Assembly (NCBI GenBank): GCA_043228905.1
Contig: JBHGNT010000015.1
Span: 15,810,001 to 15,874,000 of the forward strand
Length of the DNA stretch: 64,000 nt
Source: Azolla caroliniana
Lineage: Eukaryota > Plantae > Polypodiophyta
Direction: 5' to 3'
Position 1 is the first letter of the stretch; every line of letters begins with the position of its first letter. A program made the position numbers and the translations under genes. The notes beneath the pieces are model-generated. The model worked only from the letters and a program-made list of their open reading frames with translations. It did no database searches and was not told the origin of the DNA. Positions 11,601 to 31,662 of the stretch are shown here, piece after piece.

Positions 11601-12926
11601 TCACATTTATTATTCATAAAATATATCTAAAGAAACATAACAAACTACCTACATACTGCAATACTTGGTTTTTATGATGGTCTTCGAAACATCCGTGCGT
11701 GCAATCTCAAGATAATAGCTATATCATGTATCTCTCAATGACTTCAGATTGCTTGTGGGTTTAGCTTTACGACACAGCTCACACACTTGCATAATTCTCA
11801 CTTTTTATCAAGCACTAGCAAATTTCTCATGATGTCATTCACACTTTTTATTTTCATTGTCAGATCTTTTATGCCACAATTTAAAAAAACCATTTATATT
11901 TTTAGATGATTTATTGGCAACTTACTATTTGATGGCTTTCCATTTTTTGATGCAAATTATTTTGTGCTAATTTTCCTTTCTTAACATCACTACTACAATA
12001 TTAATAATCTTGTAAATTTGGTGACCTATTCGTCCTCAAGATGCCAAAGAGGTAGATATGATACTTCCACAATAAAAACTTGGCACATTTATTGGAATTC
12101 ATGTCGACAACTAGAAATTGATTGGGGTCGAGATGTTACTTATATTGGATGTCGAGGTAGAATAAGCAAGCAATGAAAGAACCAACGATGAGATGGAATG
12201 AATGATGGAACAGACAAGTTTTTCTTTGATTTGATTTGGTATCATATCTACCTCTTTGGCATTTTGAGGACGAAGAACAAAAGAAAATAGAGTGAAATGA
12301 TGAAAGCAATAAAGAAGAAGAGAAAGAGAAGCTGAAGATTGAGGAAGTATAAGAGAGGACAGTAGAAACGAAGAAAAGATAGTATGGAAGAAGCAAATAG
12401 AGAAGGGGGAGAAGAAGACATAAAACAAGACGAAAATGGAAGAGACGAGGATAGCAATAAAGATGCTAAAGGGGCTATATTGCATTTATTCAGCCCTTAC
12501 TCTGTGGCTCACACCATCATGGTTTACTCCCTATTTATATTCACTCAAGGATTCAAGTATTTAACTACTATTTGGATACATTTAGACCTCTCTGATGCAC
12601 ATGACACAGATAGGACAAGACATTAGTCACATTAAATACCGGATACACATTCCATCTGCATCCAAAATGTGTTAGGCCAACATCATATGAAACGTAAATG
12701 ACAGACAGATGATCAGAACTGGAATATATCATGTCAACTTCGTAATGTTTCTGTATGCACAATGCCTTCACAATCATAGCTATCTATGTTCTCAATTGAT
12801 TGCATGAGCCTTTACAGATGAGGAGGTTCCTAAATCTATTGTGGATAGAAAGGGCCTAATTATTGCCCTTGAAGTGAAGGATACCCTAACAATTAATTTG
12901 CAATACAAAAATGGGTAAGATCTTTT

Positions 12927-19879
<6,953 letters not shown>

Positions 19880-20239
19880 CGCCACCAATTTGGCGCCAAT
19901 TTTAGTTCTAATTTATATATATGTATGTATACATACTGTATACATATGCTGTATATACATAAATATATACATACACTAACTGTAGAAGGGGTTTTTGGGT
20001 TGTAGAAGGGGTTTTTGGGTTAAAGAGTCTTCTTCTTCTTGCTTCTTGCTTCTTAGCTATATGGGTTCTATGCCCTGGTGTGAGGCACCCCCCTTGCAGG
20101 CTGGCCATAGGAGAGATGTCCACCCGGGCACATCCTCCGCAGGCACTGCAAAGCCGATGAATCAAGTTTGCTCAATGATATATATGCCCATCAATGCTCC
20201 GAAATGAGCTCAGTGTCGCCTATTATAGCTTCTGCTCTC

Positions 20240-20340
20240 GTGTGTGTGTGTGTGTGTTGTCTGTTGTAGCTTCTACTCGTGCATGAGTTTGTGTGTGTGT
20301 GTGTGTGTGTGTGTTGCCTGTTGTAGCTTCTACTCGTGCA

Positions 20341-20371
<31 letters not shown>

Positions 20372-20410
20372 TGCCTGTTGTAGCTTCTACTCATGCGTGA
20401 GTGTGTGTGT
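20240..20410. repeat. Three tandem 50-60 bp units: (GT)n + tgcctgttgtagcttctactcgtgcatgagtt
   Basis: Directly visible upstream of MSH3. Confidence 0.9.
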
Positions 20411-20497
20411 GGGAACAACGATTATGATGGGCTTCATCGAGCATTGACGTCATGTATTGTCTAAGCGGAAGTGGTTTATTATTTTCGAGAGGAATTG

Positions 20498-20902
20498 TGT
20501 GAACGTAAGTGTTTGCGGAAGCGTAAACCAGAGAACTACACAGAGAGAGAGAGAGACAGACAGACAGAGAGAGCAGAACATGATTTCAAAATTATATCAA
20601 AACTTTGTACACACATTGTGCTAAGTAGCACTATTTATACAAGTCCTCTTGGGACTGATAGAAGTACCATGTACTTCAATGCTCACACGAGCATCTGACA
20701 CTTACTACGAGATTATAGCTACCTAGTAGTCTATCCTATGCTAGGCTTCCGATTGGACTTCCGGTTACGGATTGCACCTGGCCTCCACTGCTTGCCGGTT
20801 CGGTTGCTCACCGTAATACCAATTCGTTTCGCCCGATCCGTCTCGCTTACCGGCTCCGGCTTATTCAGCCGATCCGGCTCCAGTTGAGCTTGCCGCTCAA
20901 CA
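20498..20902 (-). repeat. 3' LTR of the copia element
   Basis: Matches 26033..26439 apart from roughly a dozen substitutions (mostly transitions) and a microsatellite length difference. Confidence 0.97.
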
Positions 20903-21629
20903 CTCCCCCTCAAGCTCAACCTGAGGTGGGGTCGTAGTGTCGACCTCTGTGGCAGTCAGTTCTTCCAACCGACTTCTCCTGGCGTCACTCCGCCTTGCTC
21001 GCGCTCCTCGTCCGGTCCGGTCCGGTTTGTCGCGACCCCTTTGGTTCTGCGCGCCTCGACCCTCTCGGTCGGCATGTCTGCTCAATAGGCCCATCTCAAC
21101 ACTCACGTTGTTGTGACTCCGGCGCTTGCTGATCCGTCGGTTCTCCCACGATGGCATCGACTTCCGCTGTGTCTGTGTCCCCTTGGCCTTCAGACGATCC
21201 GACTCGTCCAGATCCATCTGTTGATCCGAGTCAGTTGTCTCCGACTCATTCCAACTCTTGTCCGAATCGGTACACTCCGGTTCGACTTCCGGCTTCAGGC
21301 CTCTCACCACATCGGACCACTTCCGAGTCTTGGCCTTCTCCATGCTTCCCTCAGCTTCTTCAGCCGGTGAACCGAAATCGAATTCTTCATTCGACTCCGC
21401 ATCATGGTCAGTACCGTCGTGATGACCTCCGCACAGCATGCACTTCTCTTCCTGAGTGCACAGCTCTTCTTCACAGCCGCTTGCTCCGACCTGTTCGGAT
21501 GTGTCGACTTCCTTCGTCGACTCGGCTTCCTTCATCTTCTTGTCTCCTCTTCTTCCGGCTCTCCTCTTACTGACGGGTTCAACAGTTTTGTGGCCTTTGC
21601 CCGTTTCGGTAGAGACTTTGCCCTTGCTT

Positions 21630-24600
21630 CTACCCCCTCAAGTGCGGCACGTCGAGATGTTGAATACCAAGCATGTCGGTAAAGTGCTGCAACTTGTCCG
21701 ATCCGAGCGGCTTGGTGAAGATGTCGGCAACTTGCCGATCTGTATGAACATAGCGTAGGTCAACTTCACCGCTCAGGACCCGCTCACGCACGAAGTGGTA
21801 GTGCACCTCGATGTGCTTTGTGCGAGCATGGAACACAGGGTTCCTGGTGACCTGCAGGCTGCTCATGTTGTCGCAGTAAATCGGGATCGAGGTCGGTACC
21901 TCGATCCGCAAGTCTCGCAGCAGTCGCCGAAGCCAGATGGCTTCACAAGTGGCAACGGTAGCGGCCCGGTACTCAACCTCGGTGCTTGACAAAGCCACTG
22001 TGGGCTGCTTCTTGCTGCTCCACGCAACAGCCGTGCTACCTATGGAGAACATGTATCCGGAAGTGGAGCGGCGATCAGATGCATCGTCGGCCCAGTTAGC
22101 ATCTGTGTAACCGACAAGCTCTTCGGGTATACCTCGCCGGTATAGCAGTCCCCGGTCCTTAGTGCCGCTGACATACCGTAATATTCGTTGCGCACACTGA
22201 AGGTGCTCCACGGTCGGCTTCTACATGAACTGACTTACCATGCCGACCGGATAGCTGATGTCGGGTCGAGTGATGGTTAAGTAGATCAGGCTTCCGACCA
22301 CCTGTCGGAACCGTTTCTCATTGCAGGCCAGTCCGGAGTTGGGTCGGAGCTTCTGGTTCCGGTCCAGGGGTGTGGAGACAGGTCGACAATCCGTCATGCC
22401 GAACTTATACAGCATATTCAACACATAATGTCGTTGTGAGAGCAATATGTCGTTGGGGGTCCGGATCACTTCGATCCCAAGAAAATAATGAAGGTCCCCC
22501 AAGTCCTTCATTTCGAATGCGTCCGACAACTGGGACTTAACGCGGTTGATTTCGAGAAGACCCGGTCCGGTGATGACTAAATCATCCACATACAAGAGTA
22601 TACATACCGGACCGTCAGAGCCTTGCCAGATGAACAACGAAGAGTCCGACTTAGAGACAGCAAACCCCAGCTTACGCAACTGGTGCGTGATCTTCGCGTT
22701 CCAGGCTCGGGGGGCTTGCTTCAAGCCGTAAAGCGACTTCTTTAGTTGGCATACCGCTGACTTGTTCATCTCTTATTGAAATCCGGGGGGCTGAGTCATA
22801 AAGACTTCTTCTTCAAGCTCTCCTTGAAGGAAGGCGTTCTTCACATCCATCTGGTGAAGATGCCACCCCCTTGCCGCATCAACCGCCAGTACCACACGAA
22901 TCGTCGTCATCTTCGCCACAGGAGAGAAGGTCTCGTCGTAGTCGATTCCGTGGGTCTGCGCGTATCCCTTCACCACTAACCGGGCTTTGTACCGGTTAAC
23001 AGAACCGTCGGCGTTGTACTTGACCTTGTACACCCACTTGCATCCGATCAATTTACAGTGACGGGGAGGATCACCTAGGTCCCAAGTTTCGTTGGCATCG
23101 AGTGCCCGCATTTCTTCGTCCATAGCGGCACGCCAATTTGCGTTCTTTGCCGCTTCTGCGTAGCTCTCCGGCTCACACACTTCTGTCACCTTAGTCATGT
23201 ACGCATAATGATGCGCCATGTATTCATTGTACCCATACCGCATGACTGGATCCTTCTGGCGGGTTGATCGGCGCAACGCACCGTCACCTGATTTGCGGCC
23301 CTTCTTGGCCAGCTCGGTCTTCGTTGCCGAAGATCCGCCTTTCTCCTTTCCGGAGTCGGATACGCACCGATCCGACTCATCGTTGCCGGTTTCGAATTCC
23401 GGCATCTTCCTCTTCCCCTTCTCTTTGCGCGTGAACCGTTTCCTCGGTTCCTTGCGCAGGGAGAGCACGGCAGAGTCTCCACCACTTGCTGTCTCTTCAT
23501 CCGACTGGTCCAACCGACTCAGTCGCTCGTTCGGTCCACTCAACCGTAACGATTCCGGACTCTCATCTTGAGTCCCGGCTTCATCATCCTCTGCCAGGGT
23601 TGATTCAGGCTCACTGGCCTGATCTTCCGGCATTGGGTCAGGATCGGAAGTCGGAGTCGGTACGGAGTACCAGGATGCCGATTCATCGAACTCGACATCC
23701 CGGCTAACTCGGACTTCCTTCGTTCGGGGGTTATAGCACTTATACCCCTTTTGCTCTTGAGCATAGCCGACTAGGATGCATTTTTCCGATTTTGCATCCA
23801 GCTTTCTCCGCTTCTGATCCGGCACATGCACATACGCTATGCTGCCGAATATCCGAAGGTGTCTTAAGTTCGGCTTGCCCGAAATACAGCTCATGAGCTG
23901 ACACCTTGTCACCAATGCGGTTTTGTATGTAGACGGCCATCCGGACCGCCTCCGCCCAGTAGAACCGGGGCATGCTCTTCTCCTCCAGTATTGCCCTTGC
24001 CGCTTCGACGAGTGTCCGGTTCTTCCTTTCGGCCACACCGTTTTGCTCCGGTGTGTATCTGTAGCTGAACTCTCGCCGAATTCCCTTCTGCTGCAGATAA
24101 CTAGTGAATTGGCCGGAAAAATATTCCTTTCCGCCATCCAACCGAAGGCATTTGATCTTTGTCTCCGATTCCCGTTCCACCATCTTCTGGAAGCTTCGGA
24201 AACAGTCAAAGACTTCGCTCTTCCGCTCAATGAGGTAGATCCAAGTATGTCGAGTATAGTCATCGATGAAGGAGACAAAGTACCGGCTCCCGCCAAGGCT
24301 TACACTTTGTGCCGGTACCCACACATCCGAATGGATGAGATCAAGCTTGTTATGGCTCCGCTTCCGTTCGGTGGGGAATGGAAGCCAGTGTTGCTTCCCA
24401 AGTTGGAAGCCTTCACAAATTTCGGCTCTCCGGCCGCTGAACTTCGGCAAACTGACAACGACTTGTTTCGTTTGCAGGTCTTGAAGCCTCCGGTAGTTGA
24501 CGTGGCCTATCCGCTTGTGCCACAGGTCGATGTCCGACTCGACCTTCTGTCGATTCACGAACAGAGCGGTGCCAAAGTCATTGGTGTTGAGGATAAACAT

Positions 24601-25938
24601 TCTCCCGTCTCTGTGCCCTTGCGCAATGACTACGCCCTCATCCTCAATGAAGCACCCGAGGTGCGTAAACCGCATCTGCATCTCCTGGTCGACAATCTGA
24701 CTGACGGACACCAGGTTCTTCGTGATTGTCGGAACGTGTAATACGTTCATCAGCTTCCCTTTCTGTCCGACGTGGCTTAGAGGGACTTCTCCGACGTGCA
24801 CGATTGGGTGAGGAGTGTCGTCTCCGGTTTCGACTACTCCTGGTTGATCCGGTTTCTCCAGAAAGGAGAACCACTCTTTGTGGCTCGTCATGTGGTTCGA
24901 CGCGCCGGAATCAACATACCACACTTCCTCCGTTTTGGAAGTGGTCTTCTTCATTGAGTTTGCCTTGTGATTCATCACCAAGGTTGGCCCCTTACCGGCC
25001 TTTCCGGTTCCGGATCCTCCTGATCTATTTGCGTAGTGCGAGTTTTGTCGACCACCCTTACCGGTCTTGTTGGATCCGGATTTGTCCGAATCGGCACGCT
25101 TTCTCCAGCACACGCTTTCCTTGTGGCCTTTTTTGCCACAGTACCAGCATTCCGTAGCGGATTTGTCTTGTCGGCCTCCGGCACCGCCTTGACTCCCCCT
25201 GCTTGTGGAAGTCCCAGAACTGCTGTCGGCACACTCATAGTGCCTTCGTTCCTGCTCTTGCCGGCCGCCTCCATTGCGTGCCGACCCACGTCTTCCACCA
25301 CGCCCACGGAGCCGATCCGTTCCCGTGTACAGCATTTGGCTGTCCGGGGATGCACTGGTAGATGCACCGGCATGGTTCTCCTCTACAAGGAGCATTGACT
25401 GTAAGTCAAAGAATGAGGGGGTATTCTCCCTTGTACACACCGCAGTCCGGAACACTCCGAACTTGGATGCCAGGCCTCCGAGACATACCTGCACCATCTC
25501 GTCTTCCTCTACGGTAACATTGATAGAGGCGAGCGAGTCGCAGATTTCCTTTATCCGGCCCGTGTAGTCTGCCACGGACATGTTCTTCTGTCGAACATTG
25601 CTCAACTCCCGTCTGAGTTGCAGCTTCCGGGCAGTGGTGCTTGCGGCGAAAACCTTTTTCAGGTTCCCCCAAGCATCCTTCGGTGTCTTGGCGTCACGGA
25701 TGTGGCTGAGCAGCTGATCGCTGACACTGGACGCGAAGCAGTACATCACCCTGCTTGCCGCCTGTTCCCATACCGGGAAGTCCTTGTGTGCCGAGTCGGG
25801 CGCCGCATCATTCGCTCCTTCGACATAACTCCAGTACCCGTGTCCAAGCAGGTACTGGTGCATCTTGTAAGACCAGGATGCGTAGTTGCTCCTGTCGAGC
25901 TTCTCCACCGGGAGCGACGTAGCCATGCCTCTATCCAT
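21630..25938 (-). pseudogene. Copia gag-pol polyprotein, split into four ORF pieces
   Basis: ORFs 23740..25938 (gag/PR/INT), 22773..24296 (INT C-terminus/RT), 22221..22769 (RT) and 21630..22211 (RNaseH). Frameshift near 23880, premature stops at 22773 and 22221. Confidence 0.93.
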
Positions 25939-26032
25939 GTCTTCTACTGTGTCTGTTTTCGACTTGTTAGGGTTTTCTTCTCAAGAGTAAATGTCTGCAG
26001 CAGAGGTTCTCAACCCTCGCGCTCTGATACCA

Positions 26033-26439
26033 TGTGAACGTAAGTGTTTGCGGAAGCGTAAACCAGAGAACAACACACACACACACAAAGAGAGACAGAG
26101 ACAGAGAGAGCAGAACACGATTTCAAAATTATATCAAAACTCTGTACACACACTGTGCTAAGTAGCACTATTTATACAAGTCCTCTTGGGACTGACAGAA
26201 GTACCATGTACTTCAATGCTCACACGAGCATCTGACACTTACTACAAGACTATAGCTACCTAGTAGTCTATCCTATGCTAGGCTTCTGATTGGACTTCCG
26301 GTTACGGATTGCACCCGGCCTCCACTGCTTGCCGGTTCGGTTGCTCACCGTAATACCGATCCGTTTCGCCCAATCCGTCTCGCTTACCGGCTCCGGCTTA
26401 TTCAGCCGATCCGGCTCCGGTTGAGCTTGCCGCTCAACA
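26033..26439 (-). repeat. 5' LTR of the copia element
   Basis: Adjacent to the PBS; copy of 20498..20902. Confidence 0.97.
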
Positions 26440-26699
26440 AATTGGAAAGATTCGGTTGTCGCCTTGGTTGTTTATGTTGGAGAATCAAACTCATAAATTT
26501 GAGAGAACCCAAGTTCGATCGTCACCATGGGCTACGCCCTAACTTATGTTGAAGGTTTTGGTGGATTTGCCTAAATCTGGTACAAAATATATCTAAACTC
26601 TCTTTGCGTCTTGAGATTGACTTCTTGGACGCAAAGCTATGTGGGAATAACCTCCCTCTCTCTCACTCTCCACCAAGCACGCATCTTGGAAATACATCA

Positions 26700-27830
26700 A
26701 GAAATGTAGTTCAAAGAAAAATTGGTGTAGAGCAAGGATGCCTACTCTCACCAACTCTATTTGGTTTATGCATTGATGAAATTGAAGAAATGGTTTCCAA
26801 GTTTGTAAATGAAGAAGGCATTAAAGAAGTTGTCATTGGGAATGTAGTCATCATGCTTTTGTTATATGCGGATGATGTAGTGCTTTTTGCAAATACTTTG
26901 GGAGATGCACAAAATCTTATGAAGGCATTGGAAATTTTTGACATACATACTAAATTAAGCGATGTGTTGAAAGCTTCAAACATCTTGGCCTTTAAGTTCC
27001 TTCAAATGATAAATGGAATGAATGTGCTACACACCAATTAGAGGAGAGGAAGGGAGCATATTATGCACTTAAGGACATGTGTAATCATGGACATATTAAG
27101 TGTTTGTTCCTCAAGAAATATCATTTCAACACTTCAATAACACTGGTTTTTCTCTATGGGGTGGTAGCATCCCTATATCTACTTGGAAAGAGTTTGAAAA
27201 TATCCAAAAGCTTTTTCTTATAAAGTTTTGTCAAGTTAAGAAACAAATGTCGTATATCCTCCTTCTCCTTGAGATGGGATGACTTCCCACTGAGATCATG
27301 GCCATGGAAAGGGTTGTTGAATACATGTTTAAGGTTCAAAAAATTAGTTCACATTGACTTTCTAGAATCACATGGGAAGCAAGCAAAAAGGTCCAAAAGG
27401 CACATAAAAGCAAATTTTTGTGCTCCGATTGGATGCAATATATGGGAAAATGGTTTGGTAGATGGGATGCAACACACTTGTTTCATGATGCATCACTAGA
27501 TTCCTCTGTAAATGAGCCATTTTTGCAATGTTATCTATCATGACATGGGACAAATGTGGAGGCTCGTGCTTCACACATTATACTATACATGTTGTATCTA
27601 TTTCCATGCGACTTAACTCACATGCATTGGGATGAGAATCAGGGCATTGATGCCCAAGTAATGAGAGTGGTCAACTATGCACACTTTTCCCTAAACAATT
27701 TCAAGAGTCTAAGTATCACACTTTGATACAATGTTATGCCTTTGATCATATTTGATCATGCTTTCCACACATCTTTGACCAAACCCAATCCTTGCACGAA
27801 TTTCTCTCTCAATTATAATGTGCAATCTCG
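26700..27830 (+). mobile_element. Degenerate non-LTR retrotransposon reverse transcriptase and 3' region
   Basis: GVEQGCLLSPTLF and LLYADDVVL RT motifs. The downstream decayed region is homologous to 57200-57705. Confidence 0.85.
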
Positions 27831-29149
27831 ATTGCAACATTCATTGGTAAAGTCCTTGAACATCAAGAGTGGCCACTCACTTTCACATGTTCACGTGTAT
27901 TACATGAAATGTAATAGTTTTTGTCTCATGGGTCATATTTGACCTTTGAAGACGATAATAGAATCTATCTATAGATCTATATATCTATCTATCTCTATAA
28001 ATATGTACCACATCACTAGATGTTCTTGATGAATAGGTTGAGCTTACGACTCTCTCATAACGCAAATTGAGCTTACCGAAATGAGAGGCAACCATTCGAG
28101 CTCTTTATGTTTTTATTATTCATTCATAACACAATTTGAATGTCTTTAAATAAAGTCAAAGTTAACAATACATGTATGCACCACCTCACTAAACGCAATT
28201 GATGAATATAGAGGTGGAGATTCGACCAACCTCAGTCCGATCCAGACTAATAGAGGAAGTGTTCAAATTAATGAGGATATTCTTCAAGCTTATAGGAACA
28301 ATAACTTCCTATTGTGGAATTTTCTCCACACATATGTTGATTGGATATAGTCCTTTATATTGATGTATTATTTTCGTCACGAGCCTCGAGCGATGTTAAC
28401 TATCTAAAGGATATGCAAACATATATTTCATATTGCACAAGACAATTTACAATTGCTTGGAACTTGGGACAAAGCATGACTTTATGTGAGCGAGCATTGA
28501 CAATCTTGTGTGTTTAACCCTAGAAGGCTAGACATATGGTATTTATATTTTAATCTCTTAAGACTTTGTCTATTGGCAAGTGTTCGGCCATAGCCAAGGG
28601 CAAGTATTAAAGTGAAGAAGAGAATGAGAAGAGGAAAATTCAGGGAAATTGACAATGTATTAACAATGAGAACAAAGGTTACAAGCATATGCCAAAGACT
28701 TGTGTTAAAGTAGAATGGTTCATCAATACTCGGATACATGCATGGTTGCCACCTCGTAGGCACACATGATCACCACTTTGTCATTCATGCAAGAATGACA
28801 CTTGAGGATCATGTGTTAGCCCATGCGAGGTGACGACATTTCATAATATTGCATATGTATCCTAATGATTTAATGAAAGTTATAAAAAAATAACATGTAC
28901 AATATAATCTATCCTAGTGGTTGAGGTTACATATATTATTTGAAGAGATCACAAATTCAAATCTCTATTACAAGTTTGGAGTTTTGGTATATGTTCATAA
29001 CAATAAGTGTGCTAAATTAGGATTGCCTTGTTCAATTCGAAAATATTTAATTCAATCATTCTCATAATTGTGTAGTGCCTAGACTATACACAAAATTGGT
29101 TACAGTAGGTGGTAATCACCTTCATTTATCACTACGACACCTAGATTTT

Positions 29150-29870
29150 GAGTTTGGGATTATGTGTGTGTATTATGATATAATTAAAGTGAAGACCACG
29201 AAGTCATGTGACAAGTTAGATTATCAATTTAAGTCCTTTATCAAATTGTGATTTGTTTCCCAGTCAACAACATTCTATTTCATTTAGATATTCGTTCACA
29301 TACATATGCATCTCCACCGAGTGTTCCAAATCTCACCTTTTGAACTTATAGTTCATACTCCATTTAAAATCACATTGTTCCTCCCCAACCTCTAGTTCAC
29401 ATTGTTGATGGACTAGAATACAAATTTGAAGCCATTTTTTACTCCCAAATTATACGTAATGGGGTATATTACCTCGTGGATTAGCCATGTCATCCACCCC
29501 ATTATTGATCTTCGAAACCTATGAAGAATCTTGGTAATGCCCTTGCTTTTTGTAGTGGAGTTTCATGGTCAATATCATGATAAGTCAAGTTCTAGTTCAT
29601 GCATTGCGACTCGTGGAGCTCATCATGAAAGTAGATGGATGTGAATCAAGTTGTAGTTTAGCATAACGACTTGTGGAGCTTGTCACGAAAAGAGAGGGAT
29701 GATGTCATGATCATACAAAATGTGGTACATCACTTGAGAATCTTGAACCCATGACTTCTTTACAACAATTTCAAGCATTAACTTATGTTAATAATTAGGT
29801 AATTAATTAAGCAAGGGTTAATTAGTACCTAATTATGTGATTAGTAGATAAGCGAAAGATTAAGTGATAT
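29150..29870 (+). mobile_element. Ty3/gypsy chromovirus relic (integrase C-terminus/chromodomain, PPT, start of LTR)
   Basis: Decayed LHRVFQIS (HPVFHVS-like) and EYKFEAI...YYLVD remnants. Purine tract gaaaagagagggatga is followed by tgtcatga at 29703. Confidence 0.6.
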
Positions 29871-29871
29871 G

Positions 29872-30154
29872 TGTTGTGTGTATGTGTGTGAGAGGAAGAG
29901 AGAGAGAGAGAGAGATACACTTATGAAGAACACAAGATGGGGGATGAGTAAGGATATTAAATTAGCATTATTATCATCATCAAATACAAAAATACCCACA
30001 ATGAGGTATATATACATCTCATGTGCAAAGGTGCACATGTGTGAGTAGAATATAGGTACTAATGTGTAAGTCCTATATTAAATGTACTTAGGAGTGGAGG
30101 ATCCAGAATATCCCACTTAAGTACAAGGTCCTATTTAAGGCGTTATAGTCAACA
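29872..30154. repeat. LTR-like fragment (TGTTG...CAACA)
   Basis: Terminal inverted pentamers and internal GA tract, similar in style to 57770-58050. No TSD found. Confidence 0.4.
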
Positions 30155-30929
30155 CTTCTAACTAGATTCTATCTAGGTAACTATGAAGTTACATGGTTGA
30201 CTAACTAACTAAACTAAGTTGAGCTTGATCTCTCAATAACTTACTATTAGAATTGTTGGCATCTATGCAAGCTATTGAAAATATCGACGATATGGTAGTA
30301 CAGTTGATATTTTCGACAACCATGCCTCATTGCTAGAAACATAGACATTCACATAATGATTGAACTTTCAACATACGTGTATAAGTGTAGTGACGTTTGG
30401 CAATCCTTTTCGATATTCCATCTAAATGCCAATATACACAATTCTAGGATCATTGAGAGAAGAATCTACTCCATAGTAATGCACTTTGGCTATCTTCTAA
30501 TCAATTATGCTTGACATACCATTAATTCATACCTCTATTTGTCACTATCGTATATCTAATGATGTCTTGCAAATTTAAAAGATTTCTTTGATGGGGCTTA
30601 CTCTCTCATCGTGGGATCTCCCACATGCAATATAATGCATCGAACAAATCTGAAGTGTCATTTCATATTGATGCATGAGAAAGGCCAAATTTAATGGCTG
30701 CAAATCCTAGAGCCAACAATCCAATCGAGGTTGATCTTGGTTGTGCGGGGTGTGAGGGGAGCAACGAATATGTCCGAATGTAATAACAATGGTAGGGAGA
30801 GCGACACAAGGCTACGCTAGCAAACAAAGGTAAAGTGTGATGTGAGCCATAATGTATGCATTGGGCAGTCTCCTCAATATATGCATGCATGCATGCACAC
30901 ATGTATGTATGTATGTAATGTAATGTAGT

Positions 30930-31662
30930 GTATGTCTCAGATAGGTCAAGCAACTCGATGAGGTCTGGGCCTGAATGTATGTATGTCTCAGATAGGTCAA
31001 ACGGCTGAACGAGGTCTGGGACTGAACTTATGTATGTATGTCTCTGATATGTCAAGTAGCTCGATGAAGTCAGGATTGAACATACGAATGTATGTATGTC
31101 TCAGATAGTTCAAGCAGCTCGACAAGGTCTAGGACTGAACTTATGTATGTATGTAATGTATGTCTCTGATACGTTAAGTAGCTTGATGAGGTCTGGACTG
31201 AACATATGTATGTATGTATGTATGTAATGTATGTTCGAGATAGGTCAAGCAGCTCAACGAGGTCTGGGACTGAACTTATGTATGTATCAGATACGTCAAG
31301 CAGCTCGATGAGGTCTAGGCCTGAATGTATGTATGTCTTAGATAGGGCTCGACGAGGTTTGGGACTGAACTTATGTATGTATGTAATGTATGTCTCTGAT
31401 ACGTCAAGTAGCTTGATGAGGTCTGGACCGAACGTATATATGTCTCAGATAGGTCAAGCAGCTCGACGACGTTTGGGACTGAACTTATGTATGTATGTAA
31501 TGTATGTCTCTGATACGTCGAGTAGCTCGACGAGATCTGGGACTGAACTTATGTATGTATCAGATACGTCAAGCAGCTCGATGAGGTCTGGACTGAATGA
31601 ATGTATGTATGTAATGTATGTCTGAGATAGGTCAAGCAGCTCGACGAGGTCTGGGACTGAAC
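30930..31662. repeat. Minisatellite: about 13 copies of a ~40-bp core (tctcagataggtcaagcagctcgacgaggtctgggactgaac) separated by variable (TATG)n linkers
   Basis: Units read directly; two alternating subtypes. Confidence 0.93.

Larger units (their letters stand above)
20498..26439 (-). mobile_element. Full-length Ty1/copia LTR retrotransposon, defective (frameshift and stops in pol)
   Basis: LTRs 20498..20902 and 26033..26439 (TG...CA). TSD AATTG at 20493-20497 and 26440-26444. PBS TGGTATCAGAGC (tRNA-iMet) at 26032-26021; PPT at 20903-20915. Order gag (CWYCGKKGHKESVC), protease (DSGASNHM), integrase, RT (YVDD), RNaseH. Confidence 0.98.

Noticed and set aside
21113-26037. Numerous + strand ORFs over the copia element
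   Set aside because: Antisense shadows of GC-rich gag-pol with no recognisable motifs.
30930-31662. CRISPR array or repeat-protein ORFs (SVPDLVELLDLS)n
   Set aside because: Spacers are just TATG microsatellite, and the ORFs shift frame between units.
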